From NCBI GenBank assembly GCA_030704615.1, contig CM060733.1, positions 46,810,001 through 46,874,000 of the forward strand: a stretch of 64,000 nt of DNA, read 5' to 3'. Of this stretch, positions 1 to 13,862 are shown piece by piece (within the stretch, counting starts at the first letter, position 1; the number at the start of each line of letters is the position of its first letter). The notes beneath the pieces are model-generated. The model ran no database searches and was not told the DNA's origin. It saw only the letters and a program-made list of their open reading frames with translations. The position numbers and the translations under genes are program-made. This DNA comes from Takakia lepidozioides (Eukaryota > Plantae > Bryophyta).

Positions 1-400
1 CAGGGACATGGTATGGAGGCTTTGGAGACCTATGATCTCCTTCAATAGCACAACGGCTACAAGTGGGTAGATGGTCAACTACGGCAACAGCACAATTCAT
101 AGAACAAGGCGCTGCTATTGAAGGTACCTTCTTCAACATACACCCTGTTTTCCCCTGCTATCAGAGTCATCCCTAAATTTTTATGTTGAATTATGCAAGT
201 TAGCTCGTTGGTGGATTTATGGTGGGGAGTGATTTTGACATGTTACAGCCAATGTGGTCGTCAGGAAAGTATCGAAAAATAGATAACAAAGACTCGAGGA
301 GAAGCTCTGGAGTGAATACGTTTCTGACCTCAGTCAATGGTGGAACAATCGAGGCAAAAGGTGACCAGATGACGTTCCGCGTCCAATGGAACAGTAGCTC
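1..400 (+). pseudogene. Chimeric PPR fragment plus OSB-type PDF-motif fragments
   Basis: 1-40 encodes QGHGMEALETY, as in the PPRs at 27800. 60-180 matches the WVDGQL...EGTFFNT module. 300-362 encodes KLWSEYVSDLSQWWNNRGK. Same family as 24540-26640, opposite strand. Confidence 0.65.
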
Positions 401-959
401 TACTCATACATAATTTTGGAAATGAGCTACTCTTTCAGAGTATAGATAGTCCATGCTCGCAGCTGTTTTCACGATGGGGGTCCTACGGAGCATAAGACTT
501 AGTTGAAATTCAATTTAAATTGCTTCCAAGATGTTCAACTGTGCCAATGCCATTTCTCTTAAGTGTACCCATTTTTAGAGGTGTTTTCAATCGGCTCCCA
601 ATATGCATAGACCATAAATTTGACCTTATGCAAAGATTTACGTCACTGAAGATGGGAGCACATATAAGCAGAGAACTTGTTGACCGTACGATGTAAGACT
701 ATCTTCCTTACATGATGATACACACGTTAACAGCTTACCAGCAACTCACATGAGCATAGCTTCTATGCTCATGTCAATGACAGCGGCATTCGACAGCTTT
801 GTCCAAATATACATTTCCTCTTTGGAGTTGCGTCCTTTAGGTCGGTGCCGATTATGCACTGTCTGACCATTGTTTTATACACATTCTCTATTTTTTTCAT
901 CACAAATAACCTTACTGTGTAATAGAAGTCAATATGATCATCGATTTGTGAAGTATGAG

Positions 960-1095
960 GATGAATCGCCGAGTGGATACTGCAACTATAGAAGTCGTTG
1001 CCGACTACCTGGGCTTAGAGTCATAGTCGGTGATGACTATTAAGAAGGAGTCGTGACAGATGTTGGAATAATAGTCGGTGCCGACTATTAGGTTG
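960..1095. repeat. Cluster of AGTCG/CGACT short inverted repeats resembling CACTA subterminal repeats
   Basis: gaagtcgttgccgactac, atagtcggtgatgactat, atagtcggtgccgactat; no CACTA terminus found nearby. Confidence 0.35.
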
Positions 1096-1734
1096 GGGTT
1101 TGAGATATAGGTCAATTTGCGAGAATGTTTTTTTGGTTAAAATTGCAAACTCTGACACTTCGGGAACGGATTGCGAAGATACATACCCCGGAGAAGAGCT
1201 ACGTTCTAAGCCCCTATGTGGCGGTAGTAGCAAATGCTCGGGCATACGAGCCATGGATACGTGTGTCTCTCAAACGTAATAATGGCCACCGTAGAAAAGG
1301 GACTGTCTACAACGCGTTCGGGTCCAACCATATGTGGATGCTAAGGCGGAGGAGGGTTTAAGAAGCGAGGATCCAACCACTGAGGAAGAATCCTCTAATG
1401 AGAGTGGTGAGGAGGAGAGCACTGAGGATTGGACTCCCACCCGAGACAATCGTATTCACGAACCCCTGGGTACACCTATGTGGACAATTCTACCATGGTA
1501 TGAAATCATATAGCTATGGAATATGCCGATGAGGTCGGGCAACCGATGGAAGAGTACCTTTACTTATAAAGATGTTTGGAAATCAGTACTCTATGAGGAC
1601 ATTCGCATACTCGGCATGACCCTAGAACTATTGAGCCTTCCACATGGTCGCCTTTAACGATTCTTCTACATTTCTTTAAATTCTTTTGGAAAACATGACC
1701 ATGTCCTATAAGTGTACTTGTTCCGCTTACGAGC

Positions 1735-2085
1735 ATATCACATCTTCAAAATGACATTTGGTACAATTCCAGCCCTGACGATGTTGCCATGGACCTCCAG
1801 AGCTGCCAGGGTTGTGTTCATAATGACATTTGGTACAATTCCAGCTTTGATGATGTCACCATGCACCTCTTTGCCCTTTTCCAGGGCTGCCAGGCTTGCA
1901 CAAGCATTGCAAGTGCACACAAACGTGATGTGGTCGGGCTTCCAAAGCCTCCATCCCGCGCCCCTGCTGTGCATTCCCTGCAAGCAGCGCATTCCACGAC
2001 ACCACATTTCATTCAGCCATATTGTTGAACACTCCCTTTGCATCCTCGATGCTCCCACATTTGGCATACATGTCCACCAGCTTTG
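1735..2085 (-). pseudogene. PLS-class PPR gene fragment
   Basis: LVDMYAKCGSIEDA, ERNVVSWNALLAG and CASLAALEKGKEVHGDIIKAGIVPNV motifs spread over shifted frames. Confidence 0.85.
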
Positions 2086-2339
2086 AATCTCTATTTTTCC
2101 TATGACGCCAATTAATGTCTCGATCTTCCACTTCAGCAGGTGAAGCCTAGTGATTGGGGGAATCACCAGTTGACTAGAGGTGTGGATTCCCAACATGCTC
2201 GTTCACCCTGCCTCTTGTAAAGTAATCCAAGGTGCCCCCATTCGGCGTCAAATGTAGAGAAAAGGGCAGCCCCCTGTTCCTCAGAGCATCTGCGTACTGT
2301 GCCCAACAAGACCCCCCACAATTTGTGCCCTTCAACCAT

Positions 2340-4220
2340 TAAGGGACTATACTTGACGGTGCAGCATTGGACGTTGTCATGGATCATTTCTCCACTTTGA
2401 GTTCACCTAACATTCGGCATCAGATCAATGCATTGAGAATGGGCTTTGGGATTAGAGGCTACATAGACAACATTTTGGAATTGAAACGACTGAGCATGTA
2501 CGACTACATCCACGACAATGTTTTTCCAGGTCAAGGTGCCATCAAAGTATTTCTTTTCAAAATGTCGACTGCTGGGGGGGGCAGTGGGGTTAGCCTCGTG
2601 AAGCGGATGCAGAAGACTGGGGACCTGCAAAATTGTTTTCTTATGTTTGATCATGTGAAACGAGTGAAAGATTGGACGACAATGGCTTGTCATGTCTACG
2701 ATCCAATGTACCAACGAGTTATGACAATTGCAGTTTGTGACATGCAATCCGAGGATACGGAATCCCAGAAGCTCATGTGCAATTCCCTTGTACGTGTTAT
2801 GGGCTGTCATCTCCAAATTTTGCTGGTTTCATGGCAGATAGTGCTCAGGCGAATTTCAATGCAGTTCGAGTTGTCTTCGGATCAGGCGACCCAAAAGTGC
2901 CAATGCCGGGAAGAGAGCGTACATGTATATTCCATTGGACACAATCTTTGGAGAAACATACAAAGTCGGACATCAAACCAGAGATGCAGACACAACACCG
3001 TAAATTGTACAAAGAATTTAAAGTTGCTAGAACAATGAAGGAGGCGGACACTTTGTTCCAGACAATTCGTGCCTGGTGGTTCTCTTCTGGAGCTGCATCG
3101 CTTGAGAGTATGAGAGCATTGGAAGATTGGCTGGCGTTTGGGCACTTTCGGTACAGACAGTGGGGAGCAGCCATGACAATGGTGCGAGGCTTATATTGCT
3201 TGCTTTATTCATATATTTACTTTCCAAATTTTGCTCTCCTTGCTTTCTTTATGTTGTTCCCTGTGCACTGTTCTGAAGTGTGGTTCTCCTCTTTGCAGAA
3301 CATGTTCATTGAGAAAATGGCGGACATGCCATCTTGCAATTTGACAGAGACTGTGCACAACGCATGGTTGCAACAGTCTAGGAAACGAGGTCAGGATTTG
3401 TATGTGGCAACAACAGATGATCTGATACGTGCTTGCAACAACAAACCAGATACCGTGATTTCTTGCGAGGTGGGGCTAGTGGCAAGGGTCCGGACAAACA
3501 GGAGTTGATGTTGCGTGCTGCAAACAGATCTGGGGATCCAAGCAACACGGGCGGTGAGCACATATGCCCAGGGAACGCCACTTGTTTCTAGAGTTCCACA
3601 TCTTGAGGGGAGGAGAGATTCGGCTCCTGTAAGAGGAAATTGAACACCCCACCTGGTTCGGATTCCGATTCGCACAGGGCAGACCGTGATAACTTCTCGA
3701 AGCCTCGTGTTCCCATGCTTGATAGATCCATGTCCGAAACTTCCATTCTGGAGGAACCTCCGACACAACGGCAGGCTCCAGCATCTAATAGTGCCATTGA
3801 AATGGTGTAGGAGAGAAACTACCCCCTTGATGTGCTGGAGTCTGCATGCCCCGACCACGTTTGGCACATAGAATGCACAAGTGTAGGGTCTCGTGTAAAA
3901 TGTACAGCGATCAGGGCAACTAATTTCGAGAAGTGCACTTCATCTATATCCAGAGGCGGTGCCCGGACTCCTACTCCGACTTTCACGGGTTTGATGCGTC
4001 CATACGGCCAACCAGAAGCAAAGAACCACAAGTTCTGGTTCTGCGCAGACAATTGTGGTAGTTTTGACATCTGCTGTTCATGACAGGGCCTACGACATCA
4101 CGATTTCCAATTTCCCCAATTGCACATGTCCTGATTTTGTGAATATGCTATCAACCAGTTTGGGCAAGAGAGGTAAATTCATACCCTGCAAACATTTGTA
4201 TTTTATATTTTTGAAGAGGA
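2340..4220 (+). pseudogene. Degenerate Mutator-like DDE transposase with C-terminal SWIM finger (relative of 34159-37766)
   Basis: MFDHVKR (D), FMADSAQ (D), CIFHW (CxxH), NLTETVH (E) and SWIM CTCPDF...PCKHLYF. GT-AG intron at about 3182-3298. Frameshifted and truncated at 4221. Confidence 0.8.
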
Positions 4221-6084
4221 TGTCAAGTTATTTTACCACTAGTGTGAAACTAGCTAGGAAATAGCTAGCTTTTACATATATTGACATTTGGGATTGGCCC
4301 AAGTGTCAATCCAGGGGTCAAGGCAGATTTAGGCCCTGGAGTGGTTATCTTCACGGCAAGCGCGGGAGGCTTATCTTTCTCGAGTTGATCCTCACAACGC
4401 CTAGCTATGGCGCCGCAGTGTGGATTCCCCATGGCGTGGGGTGCACTTGGCTTGACTTGTATTTGAGTGATGAGGTTATATATGCATGAGTTTATGCTTC
4501 AGCTTTGTGAGCTCGTGCTTGTATTCTTCTTCTTTATCACTCGAGAAAGATGAGCTCGTATCTATGAGTGCCAGATACGAGTTAGTTGTAGCACTTGTGG
4601 TTTTTGCTTGAGAATGAGAGAAACCGGGTTGTTATGCAAGGAGCACCATGGAACTCTTGGTTGTTAGAAGCGGAAGCGATGTGGGTTACGAGGTAGTAGA
4701 CCTTGGCATTCGATCTTCAGCTTCAGAGATGAAAACACCATGCTGCAGGTAATTCCAGAGCACCTTGATGGTTTCAGATTGTGTACACGCATGAGCAAGC
4801 ACGATTGGAAAGAGGACCAGTCAAGAGCAGGTTGCAGTGGCTTTGGTGGCAAAGCTGAGAACTGGACTTGGGAATGCGTGCTTTTATTGTGTGAAGGATT
4901 GCAAGACCAAGCAAAAGGGCTGATTTGGCTTGGGGCAAATCAGTGCACTTTGTGGAGTATGTTGAGATTGGGTTTCAATCTTGAGCTTCAGCATTGATAG
5001 GGCTCTTGTCATGGTAAGAGCAGGGCTGGAACAGGAGCTAAGAAGTGCGACAAGGCCATGGAATGTGCACCTAGGGTTTTAGAGCTTGGAAGAAGAGCTC
5101 TTGCACCACAAGAGTGCAAGAGGAGTGTCTTGTGGCTGGAAATGTAAGCCTTAGGGTTTCATGAGCTTGGCAAAGGCTGTGGAGTGCTTAGTCTTGTCTT
5201 AGAGAGCATCAAGGAGCCAAGATAGGGGGCTGATATCTCTTGTGTGAAGAGGTTGCATGTATGGAGCATGTATTCAGCTCATTGAAGCTTCCATCTTCAA
5301 GCTTGGAGGGCAAGCAAGGAAGAGGGAAGGGCTGACTTCCCTTATGTGAGGGCAATGCATGTGTGGAGCATGCTTTCAGCCTATTGAAGGCTTGTACTTT
5401 CAGGTTTGGGAGTGCAAGAAAGGAAGGAAGGGGCTGGTTCCCCTGTAGGGCATGTGTGGAGCATGTTTTCAGCCCGCTGAAGCTTGTATTTTCAGGTTTG
5501 TGGGTGCAAGAAATGAAGCAAAGGAGCTGATTCTCTTATGGTGAGAGTGGGGCATGTGTGGAGCATGCCTTCAGCCCATCGAGGCTCTTGTTTTCAAGCT
5601 TTAGAGAGCTAGAAAGGAAGGGCTAGGGCTGGTTTCCACTTGGGGTGAAATAAAAGCACTTGTAGGGCCTATGTGAGTTGGGGTTTCAACTTCAAGCTTG
5701 AAGGGAGCACAACTCTTGAAGCAGCAGGTGCTGGGGCTGGATTAGGTGTGAAGGGCATGCTATGGTCAAGAAAAGCACGTGAATGAGTGCCTACAAGGGC
5801 TGGAAGTCAGCCATGTTTGGTTAGTCGCCATAGGGATCAATGGCGTTGTTTTGTGAGTTAAAAGGAAGCTTGTGCACTTAGTTTCGGTTGCAAACATCTT
5901 CATTTGGAATTAGAGCTACTATTGGTGGTGTGTGGGGGCCATAAAGAGCAAGAATACCTTGTTGATTTCCTCACAGCCGCCATAGCTCGCTGCAAAAGAG
6001 CCTAGAGCCCAAGAGACACAAACCCTAGCTTGGCATGGCTAAACCCCTTGGAGAAATGGCTAAACTGCCATGAGTGGCCATGGA

Positions 6085-6470
6085 TGGGGCTGTGCCAGGC
6101 TGTGCCATGTGGCCTTTGGGACCTTGTGATGGGCTGTGACAGGCTGTGGCCAGTGGGGCTGTGACCCTGTGACCTGTGTAGGGCTACGACAGGATGTGAC
6201 AGGTTGTTCTGTGGCCTTTGGGGCTGTGACCCTGTGACCTGTGTAGGGCTGCGATAGGATGTGACAGGTTGTTCTGTGGCCTTTGGGGCTGTGACAGGCT
6301 GTGACAAGCTGTGGCCTGTGGGGCTATGACCCTGTGACCTGTGTAGGGCTGTGACAGGCTGTGACCTGTGGCCTTTGGGGTTGTGATGGGCTGTGGGGCT
6401 GTGGCCTGTGATCTGTGTGGGCCTGTGCTGGTCTGTGGTGGCCCGAGTTGACCTGTGGACAGCCTGTGCT
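6085..6470 (+). repeat. Degenerate GGCTGTG(A) tandem repeat
   Basis: Many ggctgtga/cctgtga units, with larger duplicated blocks. Confidence 0.9.
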
Positions 6471-7150
6471 GACTCGTGGAGGCACTGGTGGACTGCCTAA
6501 GGATTGGCATGTGGTCTTGAAGGCCGAATTTTGACGCTCGTGGAGGGCGGTTTGAGGAGTATCTTCATGATATTCCCATGGTCATGCAAGTGAGGGAAGA
6601 GAGGTGAGGGCATGCTGGGGTTAGGCATTGCTTTAGCTTCTCTTCCTCGTAGTTTTTCACCCTCTCATTAGGCCAAGACCTTTCCGTAGGTGGAGGCAAG
6701 AGTCAGTCCGGGTTTGGGCTGGGGTGTCCCTGCAGGAGCAACACCGTGGAGTTGTTTTTGGTGTGGGGGAGTTGTCGTTCTGATTTCTTGTGTTTGGATC
6801 CCCTCCATGCCTGCATGCTTGACTGTGCGCCATGTTAGTTTTGTGTGGGCGCTTGTTTTTATAGGTGATTGGTCCGGATTTGATCACTGACTAGTCCTAG
6901 AGCATGTTGTCGATGGTGAGGCTGGGGTGATGACCAGTCAGACCATCATTGTTCTCCTGTGGTGAGGTTGGAGGTGATGACCAGCCAACCATAGGAGTGA
7001 TTGCGGTGGATGCAGGTGCAGGTGTAGGCTATGTTAGGAACCTAGTATTCCAAACCATAAGCCGCAACAGGTTCTCTACCCGGTTACCTTGTAGAGAGGG
7101 GGTCAGGGACATGTTCATGACCGGTTGAGTGACAGTTTGTCAGCACGGAG

Positions 7151-7603
7151 GTGCCACTAGTTGCTGGGGAGAGTGTCTGTTCGAGCACTAGCGATACTAG
7201 TCGGTACACGAGACGAGGTGTGCGGTTTAGGCCACCTTCACCTCCAGTGTCTTCTACGGAAGGTTCTGATTCGGATTGTGAATCGGGAGGACTAACACCG
7301 GCGGTGCAAGTTGTTTCCTTGCCATTGTTGTGGGACACAATGGAGGAGATGTATGGAGTTACCAAAGGGCCACGAAGATACTCTGGGGCAGTGGGCACCA
7401 TCAAGTCGGATGATTTTATCCAAGAGTTTGATAGTTGGTGTGATTTGCAGCAAATGCGCAATCCACAACTATTTACACATTTCATGGCATGGAAGGGGCT
7501 GTTTCAGCACCTTGAGGGGCCGCCTATGGATGATTACCATAAATTCAGGCAGAGGCATGAGGTTGAGATCAAGGAGTGGAAGATGTACTGGTCACCCGAC
7601 TAT
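7151..7603 (+). pseudogene. Truncated gag-like ORF
   Basis: DDFIQEFDSWC...LFQHLEGPPMDDY resembles a retrotransposon gag N-terminus; cut at the CACTAG at 7604. Confidence 0.5.
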
Positions 7604-8379
7604 CACTAGAAGCATTCGTGTCTTTTCCGATTCGACTGCATGTCCGCGACCACTCCGGGAACCACTTGGTAGTAAACGGGACTACTGGAGAGTCGAAACA
7701 GACAATGTGGGCCCACGGGGGCATTTCAGACGGCGGACAGAAGTGGGGTCAACGACTCCGGAGTCGTAGCAGAATTCCGGGCTATTTTACGAATTGCGTA
7801 AATACATAAAATTTGAAAAAGCCAAAATTACAAGTGGTTGTAATTACTGCACATGCGACTACAAATTTTCTTTCCTAATTCGATTAATGGAATAAAGATA
7901 TTTATTCATTAAAGTGAATATGTAATCGACTCAACGACTCCATGAACCACTGCGCATTCATTGCACCCATGACTCGGCAGCACATTTGCTGACGTGGCTT
8001 TCACAAAAAGAGGTAAACAAAATGTGGCCTTGGGGGAATAGATATTTTAATACGTGCTGCCTCCACTTGGCAGAGACAAGGATACAAGTGCTGCGTCGGA
8101 CATGGCGGGATGTGGGAATGGAAATCCTGACACGGCAAGGCCTTCGTATACTGTGAGCGCGCGTAGTGGCTTCTCAGAACGGTGTGACATCGGGGTCTTG
8201 GTCATTCATCATTTACAGAATGTGCTGGATGGAGGCACAATGGAGCGCGCATACGGGCATGGCCTTCTGGCATCAATTCCCAAGTATCCACGCAAGGTGA
8301 GGCTGCTGAATTGGGTTTTTGCCCGTCTAGTTTTCTGACAGCATGCTCGAAACGTTCATAGTGCCATTGAGTGGCATTG

Positions 8380-9090
8380 CAATAATTTGATGTGTAGCTG
8401 CTTTTCCATTTCACAAGTTATGCAGAAGGCGTCACAGAAGAAGATCGCAAAGACGTCAAGCTGAAGAATATGCCCTTTGGTTGTGAACTACAATCATATC
8501 ATGCCAAACCCCATTTTGCCCACGCAGATGAGGGAGACATTCTGCATTTGCGAGTGGGACTTAATTCCTCTAAACCCAGCTTGAAGGCAGTTGTGACACC
8601 AGAGAAACTGGAAACTACCTCCAAGAAAGTTGAAACTCGCAAGATAGTCATGTATTCGTCTCATTATCTCCAACTGGGATTCCGAGTTATCATCCGACCC
8701 TTTACATGTGCGCTGGAATGGAGTATAATTCTGGTTTAGGCAGTTATTGCCACCAGACGTTCGCTTCTCCAATTTTTACATTTAAGGATGTGTCTGTATT
8801 TATGGCACTCTTTCTCCCAAGGAGGCCTGAGTACCCCCCTGTACTTGCAAGAATTTGATGTGTAGCTGCTTTTCCCTTTCATAAATTATGAAGAAGTAGT
8901 CACAGAAGAAGATCGCAAAGAGGTCAAGGCTGAAAGCGTTCATTAAGGTTGTGAACTACAATCAGATCATGCCAAACCAGCGGCGGCAGATGGTGTCATG
9001 AGACATTCTGCGATTTGCGCATAGGTGGACTTAATTTTGATGTTGACTTGAAGGCAGTTGTGACACCAGTGAAACTGGAAACTACAGGTT
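8380..9090 (+). repeat. Diverged direct duplication (about 8380-8620 vs 8850-9087) inside the CACTA element
   Basis: Both copies share aatttgatgtgtagctgcttttcc...gaagaagatcgcaaaga...gttgtgaactacaatca...gaaactggaaactac. Confidence 0.8.
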
Positions 9091-10017
9091 AGATGATGGC
9101 GTGCTGCATCGCGACATAAACCTGCATTTGACATTCAGGCTTAGGATTCATGCAATTTGGTGCTAGTCAGGCCTGCACAGTTCCAGAACACAAGTGGGAG
9201 CCCATCCGAGGGATGGGGACCTCGTAAGTGCTTCTTCATTTTGTACTCACCTTGTTTTTGCATCGCACTTGTGCTACAAGGGGCACAACCATTCATTTGG
9301 CTGGAGGTTCAATTCCTCTACAAGTGAGCTATTCCCGTGTCACTACAATCAGTTAGATGTGTTTGTGGTGGTTGCTGGATTTGCGGCTCTGGGGTGTCTT
9401 GCCAAGTGCTTACAGGGATCAACGTTAATGTGGACGTGGCAGTACATGTAGCAAAAAAGCTCATTCGCTGGTGAAGAAGACCATGTTGCAACATATGTCA
9501 TGCTATTGCTTCGAGAGTGCTGCTGTTGGGCAGGTGGGAGAATGCAACAACGGTGAGAAGGAAAGCAAGGGAAGCACAAAAAGGTGTCGTTCGGTCCTGC
9601 TCCTTTGGAGACACCCCCCATTCCACTGATCTTTGTTCCTGGAAAGCATGCAGCTGGGCCAAAAAATGCATGCACACATTCACGTCTACTTCCCGTACAT
9701 GAAGACGATCCTCTCCTCACATGTCAGAAACAATATTGGCAGAACAAAAAAAGGTTTGTTCACAAGACAATACGGACCACATACCGGGACATTATCGATA
9801 CTATTAACTGTCTCGCCCTTGCGCGCTTGCAGGACTGTACAAAATGGGTTCTAAGGACAGTAAGAGTCCTTAGCATAGCTCTCGTCTATGAGTTGCTCGC
9901 TTAATGGACACTAAGATTCAGCTGGGCTCACTATCTATATCCAAATAATCTTCCCCTTCACTACCCACATCTGCAATTTGCCTTGCGGTAATTACCGACC
10001 CTGGAATGTCTTCCTCA

Positions 10018-13000
10018 TTAAAGGTAACCGCTCCTTCCAAAGAGACTGGTTCGGCCGTATCTGGTAGATTTCGTGGTTCCCTCAGACCCTCGTGGTCGGC
10101 ATTCTCCCCCTAGGTCCAGATCATGGACGTCGGCCACGACTCGTTTGGCCCGGGGGTCCTTGTGAAGAACCACCTTGTCATCTGAAAAGAAAACTTGCTC
10201 AACTTGCGACGGGAAGATGAATGGCTCTTCATCTTGTGGTAGCATTTTTCTGAAATCAGCAAGGAGGAACCCGTACTCATCCCATTTCATGGTGGCATTC
10301 TCTCCTACCATATTGGCTTTTACCCAAGAACAACGGAATAGAATTGGCTTCACAAGACCATAGTCTAGCTTAAGGATCTCTTTGATCACTCCTACATATT
10401 GCACATGGCATGAAATTGGATTCTGATCTCGTGCACAGCTCCTACTCTCTTGTTCAAAAAATGATGCCACTCCGTTGTCATAAGTCACCAGGAGGCTGGT
10501 GTTGGCATCGTCCACTCTATAGTGATTGCCATATGCTTTCATTGACCGGTACGAAGTGGCAATCAGCCCTGGGGGGAATGACAGACTCACCATGCCCTCA
10601 TCTAGGTCCTCGTTCTCTGATGCGTACACTGCAATTGCAGATCTGACCCACACTGTAAAGGGCTGCAGCTCCTCCATTATTGTGGGGTACTCCACCAGGG
10701 ATCTGCGCCGACGACCGCCCCTCCGCCATGCTTTTGCAAATGCACTCCGTTCCATTTTCAGGCGGACCTTCTCCGCTGCGTACTTTCTGGCAGAAACCAA
10801 ATAGAAGCTGCAACTCAGTCCCCCTGACCAACACCGTGCTGTACATGCATGCCACATGCAGAGTGTGTGTCCTTTCAAGCACACTGTAGTGATGCAGCCT
10901 ACTTCATAATCACTTGCAAGCAACAACCAAGATCTACGAAACACCCTCTGTAGTCGTCTGAAGCACCCTGTTAGTACACGATCCCACTCCCATAGTGGCC
11001 GGAATGACTTGTGACAATATATATGTAATTCCAGCATACAAAGACCATTAAGAATAGCACAGGAGGGATGTAAGTTGGCACCCACTGTCTCCATGGTGTC
11101 ATGGTTGTTGTGTCGTTCAGCACATAATCATGTGCCACATCCCGAAGGCGCGGGCTCATGGCACACTTTGTTCCACCACCTTCTAGGACCTCGCCTACAA
11201 CTCCTTCTTCCTCGTTCTCGTCCCACACCCGTCGTTGTATTGCATCAAATGAAGACATATACTCTGTCATGAAGCCCAGGGCTTCGTCGCGGATGTAGCC
11301 CTCCGCCATACTCCCCTCTGGCCGTGCCATGTTGCGTACATACCCCTTCAGATCCTTCATGTACCTCTCCATGGGGTACATCCACCGGCTGGCTACGGGC
11401 CCACACACATGCAACTCCTCTACAAGATGCACTAGCAAGTGTGTCATGACGTCAAAGAATGATGGAGGGAATTCTTTCTCCAGCAAACATAGGGTCATAG
11501 CCACATCCTCATGCAACGATGTAATGTCCCTCGGATCCCACACCTTCGCACAAATCTTCCTAAACACTCGACTTACATGCATTATGGCTATTTGAGGACC
11601 TGGCGCCATCGTACCCCGAATGCACACTGGCAAAATCTGTTGCATCATCACGTGTAGATCATGTGACTTCATCCCCGACCATTTCTTGTTTATGGCATGC
11701 TTTTGGAAAGCACCCGAGAATCCAGTTGGCACTTTCATGGCTCCCAATGTCTTCAAAAAATCCTCTTGCTCTGATTTGGTCAGGACATATGATGCTGCTG
11801 GCATGAGCACTTTGCCTAGTCTATTTGGATCAGGCCTTAGCCACAGATGTGACCGTATCCCTTCAATCTCCATGTCCTTTCGTACGTTTATCGTATCCTT
11901 CTCCCCAAAGATAGTCTTCAGAATGTTCTTGCAGAAGTTCTTCTCACAATGCATGGGGTCCAGGAGGTACCGCTGCAAGAGGTTCTGAAATGCCAAATGT
12001 CCTCCCATGAGACCAAGTTCTATGGGCAAAAAAAGTAGAATATGTGGCAGAATTTGTCCATGTTACTACATTCTGCTTTCAACAACTCCACGATCCTCTC
12101 CACAGTGAGGTGTACGACTTCAACATCTACTGCATAGTAGTTACACTGACTTAGGAGTTGGTGGAATGACTCCTGACAGTAAAGGTAATTCCAGGAAGCA
12201 CAATGTGAAAGAAAGTGAGCGAATGGGGGGGGGGGATTCATGCACCTTCCAGTATGGCAAATCCTAAAGGATTGTCTGGCGCTTCACCCTGTGCTCCATG
12301 GCTGGATCCGCACTACTTCCGTCTCTCCCTCCAATCTCTATGAACGCCTCTTTCTCCTTTGCAAATTGCAATGTCTCCTCCGGTGTCACAGCATTTGGTG
12401 CCATTCTCTTTTCAACACATCCATTGAAGTGCCTTCCTGCTCGTCGGTAGGGGTGGTTTCTTGCAAGGTAACGTCGATGCCCCATGTATATTGTCTTCCC
12501 TAGAGGCTTTGAGTGTCGTGAATCCACATAGGGCCCACAAATGGGGCACCCTTTGTAGCCCTTCGTCTTGCAACCCGCAACAAGGCCATATGCGGGGAAA
12601 TCGTGGATTGACCACATGAGTATGGCACAGAGGGTGAAACTCCGTTGCCCTACTGGTTTCAAAATGTCGTAAGCTTCAACTCCAATCCATAGTTCCTCTA
12701 GCTCTTCAATCAATGGTTGCAAATACACATCTATGTTTGCATTTGTCACGGACTCCTTGCCTGGAATCAAGAGAGACAACATGACAAAGAATTTCTTTGT
12801 TGTCAACCATGGTGGCAGGTTGTATGCCACCAACTGCACGGGCCATGTGGACCATGTGCAACTCTTTGATCCGTATGGGTTTACTCCATCCGTAGATACA
12901 GCCAATCGCACATTGCATGGGTCCTCGGCAAAATCGGGCCAAGTTGCATCTATATGCTTCCATGCAAGGGAATCTGGGACATGCCTTATCAAACCATCGT

Positions 13001-13740
13001 TTGAGGCATTCCTGGAATGCCAAGTCATGAGCTCACTAATGGTCTTGCATTTGTACATTCGTAATAGATGGGGGATAAGGGGAAAGTGCCTCAACACCTT
13101 GGCTGGCTGTTGTAACCTGCCCACATCATGGTATCGGGCTGCACCGCATTTGGGGCACTCCATAGCATCCTTGTACTCTCTTCTGAAAAGTACATGTCCT
13201 TTTGGACATGCATGTATTTTCACGTAGTTGAGGCCGAGCTTCCCAATCATTTGGTTGGCCATGTGACAGCTTTTTGGCATTTCATTTGGTTGTGGAAGCA
13301 AGTTCAGCCGAAGCAAAGAGAACAACTCGTCCACAAAATGGTCTGAGACACCGTGGGTTGTGCACAGGTTCATCAACAGCATGGTGGCAGCAAGCTTTGT
13401 GGATTTGCATCCCTCGTACAGTGGCACACATGCTTCTTCTAGTGTCATGTGTGCAGAATTCAATTCTCCATCTCCACCTCCTTCCACGCCTTCCCCCACG
13501 TGAATGCCTTCATTTCCTGCGTCATCACCATCCCCAGTTGTCGCAGCGCCGTCCCCCTCTTCAGCATCGTCCATGATGTGGAATGCTTCCTGCAACATTC
13601 GAGTAATCTCCACCCCTCCGTCCATGCCTGGTTCATGTCCTGCGCCCATGACATAGTCCTCGTCTGGCCTGTCTGTATGGCTCCCTCGGGGGTGTGCATT
13701 GTCCAATTGTGCCCACTCCTCATCGTCTTTGTCTGCAGGT
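10018..13740 (-). pseudogene. CACTA Tnp2-family transposase, multi-exon (Transposase_21, DUF4218- and DUF4216-like parts)
   Basis: IHACPKGH..CPKCG, STDGVNPY, YNLPPW, IHDFPAY, LDPMHCEKN, KSHDLH, WMYPMERYMK.LKGYVRN..RPEGS, EPFIFPSQVEQVF. Confidence 0.92.
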
Positions 13741-13862
13741 CTGTCGCGCGGCTTTTACTCACCCATCCCTTTGCTATCCGAGGCGGAAACTCCAAGATAG
13801 AAGAGTTGGAAATCTCTAAGTACTCAGCCCGCTCAGAATAATCAGTCATGACCTACAGCTAG

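Larger units (their letters stand above)
4221..7603 (+). mobile_element. LTR retrotransposon fragment (LTR/leader plus start of gag)
   Basis: Starts with TGTCAAG exactly where the SWIM coding sequence stops. Long non-coding region, possible CA end near 7069, then a gag-like ORF. No second LTR in the window. Confidence 0.5.
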